Below the pieces are notes generated by a model. It was not told the origin of the DNA and made no database searches. It worked only from the letters and a program-made list of their open reading frames with translations. A stretch of 64,000 nucleotides of DNA from an uncultured Oligella sp. (GTDB lineage Bacteria; Pseudomonadota; Gammaproteobacteria; Burkholderiales; Burkholderiaceae_B). The DNA is taken from positions 6,296-70,295 of the forward strand of contig CANROD010000006.1 in assembly GCA_947632105.1 (NCBI GenBank), given 5' to 3'. A program made the position numbers and the translations under genes. Shown one piece after another: positions 52,914 through 63,196 of this stretch; the first letter of the stretch is position 1; each line of letters opens with the position of its first letter.

Positions 52914-54976
52914 TGACTGAACAGCTTACAAATAATCCTTTATTAAACCCCGTCGAAGAGCTTGTTGCGTACGAGCAAATTCAAGCCGATCATATTGTTC
53001 CTGCAGTTGAGTTTTTGCTCAAAGACGCTAAGGCAATCATTGAGCAAGCAATTACTCTCGAAAGCCCTACGTGGGACAATTTCGTTGAGATGACGGAATA
53101 CGGCACAAGTCGCTTATGGCGTGCTTGGAATGTTGTCAATCACCTTAATAGTGTAAAAAACACAGATGAGGTACGCTCTGCTTACAATACCTTATTACCA
53201 CAAATTTCCGAGTTTTCTACTTGGATTGGCCTTAATAAGGACTTATTTAATCAGTATAAAAAGCTGCATGATAGTGCCGAATTTCAAGGCCTAAACAAGA
53301 CCCGTCAACGTATTATCACTGAGACATTAAAGGACTTTAAACTTAGTGGTGTTGAGTTAGAGGGAGCAGCAAAAGAACGCTATGCTGAGATTAGCGAGCA
53401 AATGGCCATGACTAGCCAACAGTTTGCTTTAAACACCTTAGATGCTACTGATAATTGGTCTTACACCACAGAAGATGAGTCTGAGGTAGAAGGTATTCCT
53501 GAGCAAGCTTTAGCTGCAGCCAATGCATTGGCCGATGGTAAGGGCTGGACTTTTAACTTAAAAATGCCTTCCTACCTACCTGTAATGCAATACGCCAAAA
53601 GCCAGGCACTACGCGAGCGAATGTACAGAGCCTATGCCACCATTGCCTCTGAACAAGGCGACTCACAATATGATAATTCTCAAAACATTGAGACTATCCT
53701 TAAGTTAAGGACAGAAGTTGCTCAGCTATTAGGCTTCAAGGATTTTGCCACCATGCAATTAGAAAAGCGTATGGCGGATAGTTCGGACCAGGTTATTGAC
53801 TTTATTCGCGATCTTGCTGCTCGTGCCAAACCATTTGCAGAAAAAGATATCGCTGAGCTTAAGGCCTTTGCCAGTACAGAGCTTGACATGAACGATCTAC
53901 AGCCTTGGGATCTCGCCTATGTATCTGAGATACTAAGAGAAAAAAAATACGCTTACTCTGACGAAGAGGTCAAGCAATACCTTCCAGAAGATCAGGTGAT
54001 GACTGGTTGCTTTAACATCATCGAACAGCTCTTTAACGTGAAGTTCGAAGCTACTGAGTCTGAAACTTGGCATCAAGATGCTAAAGTTTTTGCCCTTAAA
54101 GAAGGTAACAATGTAATTGGTTATCTATATACCGACTTGCATGCTCGCAGCGGTAAGCAAAGCGGTGCGTGGGTAGCTAACGAACGCACTCGCCATCTTC
54201 ACGATCAAAAATTAATTACGCCTGTTGTTTATCTAACGTGTAATTTCACGCCACCACAAAACGGTAAAGCAAGTCTCTTGCGCTTAGATGATGTCATCAC
54301 GCTTTTCCATGAAATGGGTCACGCATTACATGCTCTACTTTCAAAAGTTGATGATCCATCTGCTTCACCCTTTTCAAGCGTAGAGTGGGATGCTATTGAG
54401 CTACCATCTCAATTCATGGAGAATTTCTGCTACGAATGGCCTGTGATCCAAAAACTCAGTCGCCATCAAGAAAGCGGTGAGTCTTTACCTCGTGAGCTTT
54501 TTGATAAAATTGTCGCAGCTAAAAACTTTCAAACAGGTATGCAAACAGTACGCCAATTAGAGTTTTCACTTTTCGATATGTTGCTCCATCAGCAAACAAG
54601 CGTTCTTAGTATTGACGATGTACTTAAGCAGCTCGACAATGTACGTCAAGAAGTCGCCGTGGTCATTCCGCCAAGTTGGCACCGCTTTCCACATAATTTT
54701 TCACATATTTTCGCCGGCGGCTATTCTGCCGGTTATTACAGCTATAAATGGGCTGAGGTTCTTTCTGCTGATGCTTATAGCTACTTTGAAGAAAATGCAA
54801 CTGAAGACTTGGGTACATTAAACCCTGCCTCTGGTGAACACTTCAAAAATGAGATTCTGGCAGTTGGCGGCTCAATTTCTGCTGCAGAGTTCTTCCAAAA
54901 CTTCCGTGGCCGTGCCGCTGATGCGACTGCTTTATTACGTCACTACGGCATGACTGAAGAAGGCCTAGAGGCTTAG
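52913..54976 (+). CDS. prlC: Oligopeptidase A (M3 family)
   Basis: FHEMGH zinc motif, WDAIELPSQFMENF, HIFAGGYSAGYYSYKWAE. Confidence 0.95.
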   Translation: MTEQLTNNPLLNPVEELVAYEQIQADHIVPAVEFLLKDAKAIIEQAITLESPTWDNFVEMTEYGTSRLWRAWNVVNHLNSVKNTDEVRSAYNTLLPQISEFSTWIGLNKDLFNQYKKLHDSAEFQGLNKTRQRIITETLKDFKLSGVELEGAAKERYAEISEQMAMTSQQFALNTLDATDNWSYTTEDESEVEGIPEQALAAANALADGKGWTFNLKMPSYLPVMQYAKSQALRERMYRAYATIASEQGDSQYDNSQNIETILKLRTEVAQLLGFKDFATMQLEKRMADSSDQVIDFIRDLAARAKPFAEKDIAELKAFASTELDMNDLQPWDLAYVSEILREKKYAYSDEEVKQYLPEDQVMTGCFNIIEQLFNVKFEATESETWHQDAKVFALKEGNNVIGYLYTDLHARSGKQSGAWVANERTRHLHDQKLITPVVYLTCNFTPPQNGKASLLRLDDVITLFHEMGHALHALLSKVDDPSASPFSSVEWDAIELPSQFMENFCYEWPVIQKLSRHQESGESLPRELFDKIVAAKNFQTGMQTVRQLEFSLFDMLLHQQTSVLSIDDVLKQLDNVRQEVAVVIPPSWHRFPHNFSHIFAGGYSAGYYSYKWAEVLSADAYSYFEENATEDLGTLNPASGEHFKNEILAVGGSISAAEFFQNFRGRAADATALLRHYGMTEEGLEA

Positions 54977-54988
54977 AGGATATTATTA

Positions 54989-55609
54989 ATGACGAAATTT
55001 TTAAAAAAAATTCGTGTATCCTTTTCACTATCCCTAGCTTGTCTAGGGATAGTGGCAAGTACTCATAGCTCTCTGGTACATAGTGCTGAGACTTCATTTT
55101 ATTCAACTAAACGTCATTTGCCTCAATTAGAGTTCGAACTAGAGGCCGCTAACAATCAGCGCCTTACTGAAAAGGACTTCGCTGGTAAGGTGGTACTAGT
55201 TTATTTTGGCTACACCTATTGCCCGGATGTCTGCCCTACAACTATGGCTGAATTAGCCCTAATGAAAAGCACCTTGAATTTAGAACAGCAAGAGCAAGTT
55301 CAAGTACTTATGATTAGTGTTGATCCTCATCGTGATACACCGCAACGTCTTAATGATTATTTGACTGCTTTTGGGATGGGTGCTGTTGGCGTAACAGGCA
55401 CAGACAAGGAGATTGCCGATATCGCCAAGCGTTACAGAGTCTCCTATCAAATTGAAAAACCTGATAACCTTGATTATCCTACCATGTATGATGTGATGCA
55501 CGCAGAGGGTATTTATGTCTTTGATCAGCAAGGAAAATCAAGTTTTTTAGCCTCAAATAGCCACGATATTGAGGAAATGCGTAATCGTGTCCTTAAACTA
55601 CTGGATTAA
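54989..55609 (+). CDS. SCO/SenC family copper chaperone
   Basis: Signal peptide, FGYTYCPDVCP CxxxC motif, SVDP.RD, distal His (VMH). Confidence 0.93.
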   Translation: MTKFLKKIRVSFSLSLACLGIVASTHSSLVHSAETSFYSTKRHLPQLEFELEAANNQRLTEKDFAGKVVLVYFGYTYCPDVCPTTMAELALMKSTLNLEQQEQVQVLMISVDPHRDTPQRLNDYLTAFGMGAVGVTGTDKEIADIAKRYRVSYQIEKPDNLDYPTMYDVMHAEGIYVFDQQGKSSFLASNSHDIEEMRNRVLKLLD

Positions 55610-55769
55610 TTAATTGAACTCAGACTTTTGTCTAATATTAAGCCTATAAAAGCAACCATAGATGCTAAGCTTTATATCGACATTACTTACTAAAAATCAA
55701 ACTTAGCAACTTACTTAAAAGCTTATAATTAAGCCATTAATAATCAAATTTATAAAGGAGATATCGACC

Positions 55770-56612
55770 ATGCTCACTATTTTCCACCTTCCTTCTACAG
55801 GTTCATTTCGAAGTATTTGGCTAGCTTGTGAACTTGGTCTGACCTTTAAAATAAACCGTCGTGAGGACTCAAAAAATCCAGCAGACAACGATACTCATCC
55901 ATTAAGCAAAGCGCCAATGCTATTAGATGGTAGCATCAGCATCGCGACACATGGTGCTGCACGCGAATATCTATTGAGTAGCTATGACCGATCTGGCATG
56001 CGCCCACCAATGGCACACCCTGATTATATTCAGTACTTACAATGGGTTCACTACCTAGAGGGTACCCTCTTACCACTAGTTGATCAGCAACGTATTATTA
56101 ACAAACTCGGTCAGTCTAGAGTACCTTTTTTTGCTAGATCAATTATGAAAAAAACAGTATTAAACTATACTGCAAATAACATCGAACCAGAAATTAATCG
56201 TCAGCTTAACTATATCAATGAGAGCTTGGGTGAAAGTGGATGGACCTGTGGCGGCCAATTTTGCGCCGCTGATATAGACCTTGCCTACATCTTATTAGGC
56301 CTACAATCCGAAGGTAAGCTACAGTCATCTCACAAAAATATTGAGATGTTTTTAAACACTATCAAAGAACGCCCTACCTACCAATTGGCTGAAGAAAAGG
56401 CGACAATAACTGCTGCTACATTAAGCTACGAAAAGGAGGCTGCAGAGCCAGAAGGAAACCAAGAGCCTACAGCTGAGGTACAAGAGCATGCAGAGCCAAC
56501 ACTTCAAACTGAGGAAGCCGTTCAACATCAAGAAGTTTCTGAAGACAGCATTAAGTCTTCAAATAAACAGACAGACAGTCATGTTGAAAATAAAGATAAA
56601 GGGCGCATCTAA
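55770..56612 (+). CDS. Glutathione S-transferase-like protein with acidic C-terminal tail
   Basis: R.IW...ELG, HPL.KAP, YLQWVHY.EG, F.AADI GST-like pattern. Confidence 0.75.
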   Translation: MLTIFHLPSTGSFRSIWLACELGLTFKINRREDSKNPADNDTHPLSKAPMLLDGSISIATHGAAREYLLSSYDRSGMRPPMAHPDYIQYLQWVHYLEGTLLPLVDQQRIINKLGQSRVPFFARSIMKKTVLNYTANNIEPEINRQLNYINESLGESGWTCGGQFCAADIDLAYILLGLQSEGKLQSSHKNIEMFLNTIKERPTYQLAEEKATITAATLSYEKEAAEPEGNQEPTAEVQEHAEPTLQTEEAVQHQEVSEDSIKSSNKQTDSHVENKDKGRI

Positions 56613-56639
56613 AACCCATTAGGAAAAGTTACTGAACAT

Positions 56640-56671
56640 TTAAGCCCACTTAAAATTTAAAGTGGGCTTAA
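56640..56671. terminator. Hairpin between convergent GST-like gene and livF
   Basis: TTAAGCCCACTT-N8-AAGTGGGCTTAA, a perfect 12-bp stem. Confidence 0.75.
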
Positions 56672-56677
56672 TGCTAT

Positions 56678-57385
56678 TTAATGGCCTAGATAGGCTTTAC
56701 CAACCTCATCATTAAGCAGTAAATTAGCACCTGTATCGTGAAGCACGATGCGGCCAGTCTCAAGCACATAGCCACGATCAGCAATTTTCAAGGCCTTATT
56801 AGCATTTTGTTCCACTAAGAAAACAGTAATCCCCTCCGCACGGATGGTTTTAATGATTTCAAAGATTTGCTCAATAATAAGTGGTGCAAGTCCCAAGGTA
56901 GGCTCATCTAACAACAGCATTTTCGGCCGACTCATTAGCGCACGACCAATTGCCAACATCTGTTGCTCACCACCAGACATCAAGCCTGAGCGCTGTGATG
57001 CACGCTCTTTCAATCGTGGAAACAGTTCAAATATATGCTCTAAACCAGCTTCCGTTTCCTCGCGATTTAAAAAGAAGGCACCCATTTTAAGATTTTCCAA
57101 TACATTGAGATCAGGAAAAACACGACGCCCCTCAGGTGAAATAGCAATACCTTTGCGCATAATAGCATGCGTATGGAGATCAGAAATATCCTCACCCATA
57201 AAACTAATTGTGCCTGTCCTCAAACGAGGATTGCCACAAATTGTCATTAATGTCGTTGTCTTGCCTGCCCCATTGCTGCCAATCAAGGTAACAATTTCAT
57301 TTTCATTTACCTCAAGACTAACATCGTGTAAGGCCTGAATTGCTCCATAGCCTGAATTAATATTATCAAGTGTTAACATGGCCAT
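56678..57385 (-). CDS. livF: Branched-chain amino acid ABC transporter ATPase
   Basis: GSNGAGKTT, PEGRRVF, MSGGEQQMLAIGRAL, LLDEP, VEQNA. Confidence 0.95.
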   Translation of the reverse strand: MAMLTLDNINSGYGAIQALHDVSLEVNENEIVTLIGSNGAGKTTTLMTICGNPRLRTGTISFMGEDISDLHTHAIMRKGIAISPEGRRVFPDLNVLENLKMGAFFLNREETEAGLEHIFELFPRLKERASQRSGLMSGGEQQMLAIGRALMSRPKMLLLDEPTLGLAPLIIEQIFEIIKTIRAEGITVFLVEQNANKALKIADRGYVLETGRIVLHDTGANLLLNDEVGKAYLGH

Positions 57386-57387
57386 AA

Positions 57388-58149
57388 CTACTCTCCGAGA
57401 TATGCCTTAATTACTTTAGGATCTGTACGGACTTGCTCAGGCGTACCGGTAATTAAAGGTTTACCGTATTCCATCGCTAAAATACGATCGGAAATATTCA
57501 TAATTAACCCCATATCATGCTCAATAAGCAAAACGGCTAAATTGTATTCATTGCGAAGCTGATTAATTAATTCAGCTAATTGAATTTTCTCTTGAGGATT
57601 AAGACCTGCTGCTGGCTCATCTAATAACAAAAGCTTAGGGTCAGTGATCATACAACGGGCAATTTCCAAACGACGCTGATGTCCGTATGCTAAATTACCT
57701 GCCTCTCGATTGGCAAACTCCTTAATCCCCATAAACTCAAGCCAAAAAACTGCTTTATCCAGTGCGTTTTTCTCTGCCCGACGATGACTTGGCAGGTTTA
57801 ATAAACCAGACAAAAAACCGGCAGTTTTATTGTGCTGTGCGACTAAAAGATTTTCAAGTACGGTCAAATTTTTAAATAATCGAACGTTTTGAAAAGTACG
57901 AACTAGTCCCTGTTTAGCAATTAAATGGCTAGTCCAACCAGTAATATTTTGAGTGTTTAAAATGATACTACCGGAGGTTGGTTTATAAAAGCCACTAATG
58001 CAGTTAAAAACAGTCGTTTTACCAGCACCATTAGGGCCAATAATCGCAAAAATCTCATTCTTGTGAACATCTAATGAAACATGATCTACCGCTAATAAGC
58101 CACCAAATCGCATGCAAATGTCACGAGCTTCTAAAACATTATCACTCAT
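57388..58149 (-). CDS. livG: Branched-chain amino acid ABC transporter ATPase
   Basis: FGGL.AV, GPNGAGKTT, RTFQN, LAYGHQRRLEIAR, IEHDM, V..AYLG. Confidence 0.95.
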   Translation of the reverse strand: MSDNVLEARDICMRFGGLLAVDHVSLDVHKNEIFAIIGPNGAGKTTVFNCISGFYKPTSGSIILNTQNITGWTSHLIAKQGLVRTFQNVRLFKNLTVLENLLVAQHNKTAGFLSGLLNLPSHRRAEKNALDKAVFWLEFMGIKEFANREAGNLAYGHQRRLEIARCMITDPKLLLLDEPAAGLNPQEKIQLAELINQLRNEYNLAVLLIEHDMGLIMNISDRILAMEYGKPLITGTPEQVRTDPKVIKAYLGE

Positions 58150-59378
58150 TACTTAATCTCCACCTGCGGTCTCTTTGCTGGCAATAGTCCTTGCGGCCGC
58201 CACACCATCATTAATACCATAATCAATCCGAAGATAAGCATTCGATACTCAGCAAACTGCCTTGCTACTTCAGGAAGTGCTGTTAATAAGATAGCAGCTA
58301 AAATAACGCCTAATTGCGAACCCATTCCTCCTAAAACCACTACAGCTAAGATTAAGGCTGACTCAATAAAGGTAAAGGATTCTGGATTGACCAAACCTTG
58401 ACGAGCAGCAAAAAAAGCCCCACCAAAACCAGCAAACATCGCACCCAAAGTAAACGCAGAGAGCTTAATATTGGTTGGATTTAAACCGAGAGAGCGACAA
58501 GCAATTTCATCCTCTCGCAAAGCCTCCCAAGTTCTACCTATAGGCATACGAATCAGGCGATTAGAAACAAGAAGCGTAATCACGGCTAAAGCTAACGCTA
58601 ATAAGTACAAGTAGATCACAACGTGGTTGGAGTTATAAAGCCAACCCATCATTTGGTGGAAAGTTTGCTCACCCTCTGGTGCTCTACGAGCCATCGCATG
58701 ACCAAGCAATGTCGGTTTAGGAATACCGGCAATCCCATCCGGTCCGCCAGTCCATTGACTTAAGTTAATTAAGAGTAAGCGAATAATTTCACCAAAGCCT
58801 AAGGTAACGATGGCTAAATAATCACCACGCAACCTTAATACCGGAAAACCTAGAATATAACCAAATAACGCTGCCATCGCACCAGCCATTGGTAAGGAAG
58901 CCCAAAAGCCCCAACCAGCCCAATGGAATAGCAATGCATAGGTGTAAGCACCGACCGCATAAAAACCGACGAACCCCAAGTCTAATAGACCTGCATAACC
59001 AACCACGATATTTAGGCCTAAGCCAAGCATCACATAGATTAATACTAAAGTAGCAATATCAACATGTGCGCGTGAACCAAAAAATGGCCAAATAGCTGCA
59101 CCAACCACCACCAGTAAAATCAATAAATTAATACTACGAGGATTTAAAACCGGTAGAGCCCAACCGGATTTTCTACCCACTTTAGAAATATTTTTAAAAA
59201 CATGAGGACGAATCAGTTGCACCACAAAAACTGCAATGATTCCCATAATCACAACTTCCCAATTAGGAACTAATTGGTTTTGAGCACCATCACGAACTAA
59301 CTGCAAACCAAAAATGGGTATCACCATAATGGCTGTCAATACCGTTGCAAATATCGCATTTTTTAGATTTTCAGCCAT
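58149..59378 (-). CDS. livM: Branched-chain amino acid ABC transporter permease
   Basis: [41 protein letters not shown]. Confidence 0.95.
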   Translation of the reverse strand: MAENLKNAIFATVLTAIMVIPIFGLQLVRDGAQNQLVPNWEVVIMGIIAVFVVQLIRPHVFKNISKVGRKSGWALPVLNPRSINLLILLVVVGAAIWPFFGSRAHVDIATLVLIYVMLGLGLNIVVGYAGLLDLGFVGFYAVGAYTYALLFHWAGWGFWASLPMAGAMAALFGYILGFPVLRLRGDYLAIVTLGFGEIIRLLLINLSQWTGGPDGIAGIPKPTLLGHAMARRAPEGEQTFHQMMGWLYNSNHVVIYLYLLALALAVITLLVSNRLIRMPIGRTWEALREDEIACRSLGLNPTNIKLSAFTLGAMFAGFGGAFFAARQGLVNPESFTFIESALILAVVVLGGMGSQLGVILAAILLTALPEVARQFAEYRMLIFGLIMVLMMVWRPQGLLPAKRPQVEIK

Positions 59379-60301
59379 TAGACTTTCTCCACTTCAGGTT
59401 TACCTAACAGACCAGTTGGACGGAAGAGAAGAATTAAAATAAGCAAACTAAAGGCAACAATATCCTTATACTCAGAAGACCAATAAGCCGCTGCTAATGT
59501 TTCAACAACTCCAAGCAATAAACCACCCAAAATGGCGCCAGGCACACTACCAATCCCACCTAAAACAGCAGCAGTAAAGGCCTTAATACCAGCAATAAAA
59601 CCAATATAAGGGTTTAGCTTACCAATAGAGAGAGCAATTAATACACCCCCTACTGCTGCCAACATAGCACCTAAAATAAAGGTAAAGGATACGACTCGAT
59701 TGGTATCAATACCTAGCAAATTAGCCATATGCATGTCTTGTGAACAGGCTCTTGAAGCACGTCCCATACGAGAATTCTTGATATACAGTGTCAACGCCAC
59801 CATTAATACAAAGACAACGGCAATAATCAAAAGACGTGAATAAGACAACATCACCGGATAGCCGATGCCCAGGTCCCAACTAAAGGAGCCTGCCATGATA
59901 TTTGGTACCGCCATATCACGAGCACCTTGACCTAAAGCGACCCAATTTTGTAAGAAAATCGACATACCAATGGCAGCGATGAGTGATACTAGACGCGGAC
60001 TATTACGAGCTGGCCTATAGGCTAAACGCTCAATGGTATAGCCATAAACGCCAGTGACTACTGCCGCCACTAAAATCATAAAGAGAATCAATAAAGGTAT
60101 GGGTAAAAAACCATTAACCCCTATCGCCGTTAAGGTGACTAAGCCCACATAAGCGCCAATCATATAGATTTCGCCATGAGCGAAGTTGATCATACCAATG
60201 ATGCCATAAACCATAGTGTAGCCAATGGCAATCAAGGCGTAGATAGCTCCTAGTGAGAGCCCATTAAATAATTGCTGGATAAGCTGAGGCAGAAAATCCA
60301 T
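59378..60301 (-). CDS. livH: Branched-chain amino acid ABC transporter permease
   Basis: [43 protein letters not shown]; ATG at 60301. Confidence 0.95.
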   Translation of the reverse strand: MDFLPQLIQQLFNGLSLGAIYALIAIGYTMVYGIIGMINFAHGEIYMIGAYVGLVTLTAIGVNGFLPIPLLILFMILVAAVVTGVYGYTIERLAYRPARNSPRLVSLIAAIGMSIFLQNWVALGQGARDMAVPNIMAGSFSWDLGIGYPVMLSYSRLLIIAVVFVLMVALTLYIKNSRMGRASRACSQDMHMANLLGIDTNRVVSFTFILGAMLAAVGGVLIALSIGKLNPYIGFIAGIKAFTAAVLGGIGSVPGAILGGLLLGVVETLAAAYWSSEYKDIVAFSLLILILLFRPTGLLGKPEVEKV

Positions 60302-60417
60302 AAGTTCTTGCCCTTCAAAAATAAAACCATTGCCAATAATAAGCTTTGCCAAGTGAAAACGCTATTGGCAGAAACACTAATATTTAGATACATTTTATCA
60401 ACGTGCCACAATGACAT

Positions 60418-60454
60418 AAAAAAAGCCTCACTTCATTTTAGAAGAGAGACTTTT
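60418..60454 (-). terminator. Intrinsic terminator after yhhQ
   Basis: Minus strand AAGTCTC-T-CTTC-TAAAAT-GAAG-T-GAGGCTT-TTTTT. Confidence 0.7.
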
Positions 60455-60485
60455 CATGACTCATATCATGTTTTACATTACTAGA

Positions 60486-61100
60486 CTATATCGTAGGGTT
60501 TTCCTCAGCGCTAATGGTCTTTTTTTTAGGCTTAGCAGTACCAAGATTCCACATCAATGCTCTAAATGGTGCAAGCAATAAAATTGACAGGCTAATCTTA
60601 ATTAACGTATCACCTAAAGCCAATGTCACCCAAGGCACAGGTGTACCAACAAAGCTAGCAGCAAAGAACACATAAGTATCAATAATAGAAGCCAACACGC
60701 CCGCAATCAATGGTGCTAACCACCAAGCACGTTGTCGCAAACTGTTAAACACATAAATGTCTAATATATGCGCAACCAAAAAGGCTGACGCTGACGCGAT
60801 CGCAATGCGTGGTGTTGATAAAAAGACGGATACAACTAAAGCTACAGCAAAACCCCAATAAACAATACGACGAGCTGATTGAGGTCCAAAACGACGATTT
60901 AGTAAATCAGTCACCAAGAACGTTACTGGATAGGTCAGTGCACCAAAAGTTAACCATTGATTAATATGGAACTGTGGTTGTACAAAATAATTTGATGCAG
61001 CGACTAAAGAGCACATCACTATCAAGGCAATAATACGTTGATAATTAGATAATGGTTCAAATTCGCTAGTCTTTATTTGGGTCTTTTGATGTTGACTCAT
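60486..61100 (-). CDS. yhhQ: Queuosine precursor transporter (VUT/YhhQ family)
   Basis: ASN, TYPVTFLVTDL..R.FG...ARR, RIA.AS..AF.V...LDI.VF, DT.VFF. Confidence 0.85.
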   Translation of the reverse strand: MSQHQKTQIKTSEFEPLSNYQRIIALIVMCSLVAASNYFVQPQFHINQWLTFGALTYPVTFLVTDLLNRRFGPQSARRIVYWGFAVALVVSVFLSTPRIAIASASAFLVAHILDIYVFNSLRQRAWWLAPLIAGVLASIIDTYVFFAASFVGTPVPWVTLALGDTLIKISLSILLLAPFRALMWNLGTAKPKKKTISAEENPTI

Positions 61101-61124
61101 CACATTGATTGATAAATTAAACAA

Positions 61125-61961
61125 TTACTTTTTAGGAGCGAGATCAATCGCTAATTCTTGAGCTCTATCATGAGCAGCCCGCATAGCTGCAGCAATGATT
61201 TCTTTTAATCCACTGGCCTGAAGAACGCCAAGTGCTTGCTCTGTTGTACCCTTTTTAGAGGTCACACTTTCTCTTAAGATGGCAAGTTCATCTGTTGACT
61301 GCTCCATCATCAACGTAGCTCCCTTCAGCGTCTGCACTGCGTGTTCACGAGCAGTTGCTTGATCATAGCCTAAGGCCATCGCTCCTTCAACTAAGGACTC
61401 AGTAAACAAATATACATAAGCAACGCCACTACCACTCAAACCGGTCACCGCATCAAGCATTGACTCATGCTCAAAGAAGTCAATACGACCGCAGGCCTTA
61501 AACAACGCATTAAACTGCTTACGCTCATGCTCAGTCACTGCTGTTGAGCAATAAGCCCCAATTACACCCTCACCAATTAAAGAAGGTGTATTTGGCATCG
61601 TTCTAATTATCTTTAGATCTTCATCGTTAACAGTGCCCGTTAAGAAATAAGTCAAGCTACTAATAGTCAGACCGGCAGCAACGCTAATCACTAATTTATC
61701 ACTTGAAAAATAGCCTTGGTAGGACCGTAAAACCTCCTCCATCATTTGAGGCTTAATAGCGAGAACCCAGATATCAGCTTCAGCAAATGCAGCGCTCGCA
61801 CCAATCTGTACATTTATTACGCCCTTGGTCTGCCATTTTTGGACTGAGGCCTCTGAGCTAACAGAGATTAATAGGTCATTAGTAGAGCAACTGCCCTGCT
61901 CTAACATCCCATCAATAATTGCGCTGGCCATATTACCACCGCCAATAAATGCTATTTTCAT
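61125..61961 (-). CDS. proC: Pyrroline-5-carboxylate reductase
   Basis: FIGGGNMA, AIKPQ, SVAAG, RTMPNTP, SGSG.AY, VTS..GTT. Confidence 0.96.
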   Translation of the reverse strand: MKIAFIGGGNMASAIIDGMLEQGSCSTNDLLISVSSEASVQKWQTKGVINVQIGASAAFAEADIWVLAIKPQMMEEVLRSYQGYFSSDKLVISVAAGLTISSLTYFLTGTVNDEDLKIIRTMPNTPSLIGEGVIGAYCSTAVTEHERKQFNALFKACGRIDFFEHESMLDAVTGLSGSGVAYVYLFTESLVEGAMALGYDQATAREHAVQTLKGATLMMEQSTDELAILRESVTSKKGTTEQALGVLQASGLKEIIAAAMRAAHDRAQELAIDLAPKK

Positions 61962-61981
61962 GTTAATAAACTTAATTAAAA

Positions 61982-63055
61982 TTAAACCACAGTCACTTTA
62001 GGCGTATCAGTAGCTTTTGTCACCTCACCAATAACCTTAGCATAGCTAAAACCTTCAGCAGAAAAAAGTGCTAAAACCTCATCTACGGCTTCAGCACTAA
62101 CAGCTAACAATAAGCCACCCGAAGTTTGTGGATCAGTTAGTAAAGCACGATCTACATCGTTCATTGAGTCTGCTAACTCTATATATTCAGAAATGGCATT
62201 CCAGTTACGTCCTGAAGCACCAGTAATAAACCCTTGCTCAGCTAATTCACGCGCACCTTCTAAGAAAGGTACCTGAGACAAATCAATTTTTAACTCGACA
62301 CCAGAAGCACGCGCAATTTCAGACGAATGCCCTAACAACCCAAAACCAGTTATATCAGTCATCGCATGAACACCATCTAGGGGACCAAGCTTAGCACCTG
62401 CAGTATTCAACTGAGTAGTAGACCTAATCATTAACTCATATGACGCTTCAGGTAAGGCATTTTTCTTGAGCGCAGCAGAGAACACACCAATACCAAGTCC
62501 CTTGCCTAAAATTAATGCATCACCAGCTTGTGCTGAGGAGTTGCGTTTGATTCGCTTCGGATGAAGTGTCCCCATCGCTGCTAAACCATAAATAGGCTCA
62601 ACTGAATCTATCGAATGGCCTCCGGAAACTGGAATACCTGCTTGATGGCACACATCAGCACCACCTCTGAGAATCTCAGCAATCTGATCATGTGGTAGGA
62701 CATTAATCGGCATAGCAACTAAAGCTAATGCCATCACTGGCGTACCACCCATGGCGTAGATATCTGATAGCGCATTCGTCGCTGCAATACGACCAAAATC
62801 ATATGGGTCATCAACAATTGGCATGAAAAAATCCGTGGTTGCAATCAACGCCTGCTCATCATTAAGAAGAAAAACAGCCGCATCATCCGCCGTTTCATGA
62901 CCAACCAAAAGATTGGGAAATGACTGCCCCTTGGGCATATTAGCCATCAATCTTGATAAAACATCAGGAGCAATTTTGCAGCCACAACCACCGCCATGCG
63001 ACAAAGAAGTTAAGCGAGGAGATTTAATAGATTGCGTAGAACTATTTTCGGCCAT
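61982..63055 (-). CDS. selD: Selenide, water dikinase (Cys-type)
   Basis: HGGGCGCK, DDAAV, TTDFFMP, AATNALSD.YAMGG, TD.TGFGL.GH, DPQTSGGLL; alternative start at 63067. Confidence 0.97.
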   Translation of the reverse strand: MAENSSTQSIKSPRLTSLSHGGGCGCKIAPDVLSRLMANMPKGQSFPNLLVGHETADDAAVFLLNDEQALIATTDFFMPIVDDPYDFGRIAATNALSDIYAMGGTPVMALALVAMPINVLPHDQIAEILRGGADVCHQAGIPVSGGHSIDSVEPIYGLAAMGTLHPKRIKRNSSAQAGDALILGKGLGIGVFSAALKKNALPEASYELMIRSTTQLNTAGAKLGPLDGVHAMTDITGFGLLGHSSEIARASGVELKIDLSQVPFLEGARELAEQGFITGASGRNWNAISEYIELADSMNDVDRALLTDPQTSGGLLLAVSAEAVDEVLALFSAEGFSYAKVIGEVTKATDTPKVTVV

Positions 63056-63081
63056 GAGACTCACCATCCGGAAATATTAAG

Positions 63082-63177
63082 TGGCGGAAGGTAGCAGGAG
63101 TCGAACCTACCTGGGAATGTCTGACATCCCCAACTGGATTTGAAGCCCAGCCGCAACACCAGTTACGCATACCTTCC
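63082..63177 (-). tRNA. selC: tRNA-Sec (anticodon UCA)
   Basis: 96 nt; 8-bp acceptor GGAAGGTA/TACCTTCC, 6-bp D stem with TGGT loop, CT-TCA-AA anticodon loop, long variable arm, GTTCGACTC T-loop, GCCA end; between selB and selD. Confidence 0.97.
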
Positions 63178-63196
63178 GAAGGAATTTAACATTCTA

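Noticed and set aside
60393-60410. Sigma-54-like TGGCACG upstream of livH (minus strand)
   Set aside because: The -12 position reads TAAA rather than TTGC.
62970-63000. SelD as a selenoprotein
   Set aside because: The active-site motif is GGGCGCK with Cys codons; there is no in-frame TGA.
63056-63196. tRNA-Sec as an island integration site
   Set aside because: It is flanked immediately by selB and selD; no integrase or duplicated tRNA 3' end is seen in the window.
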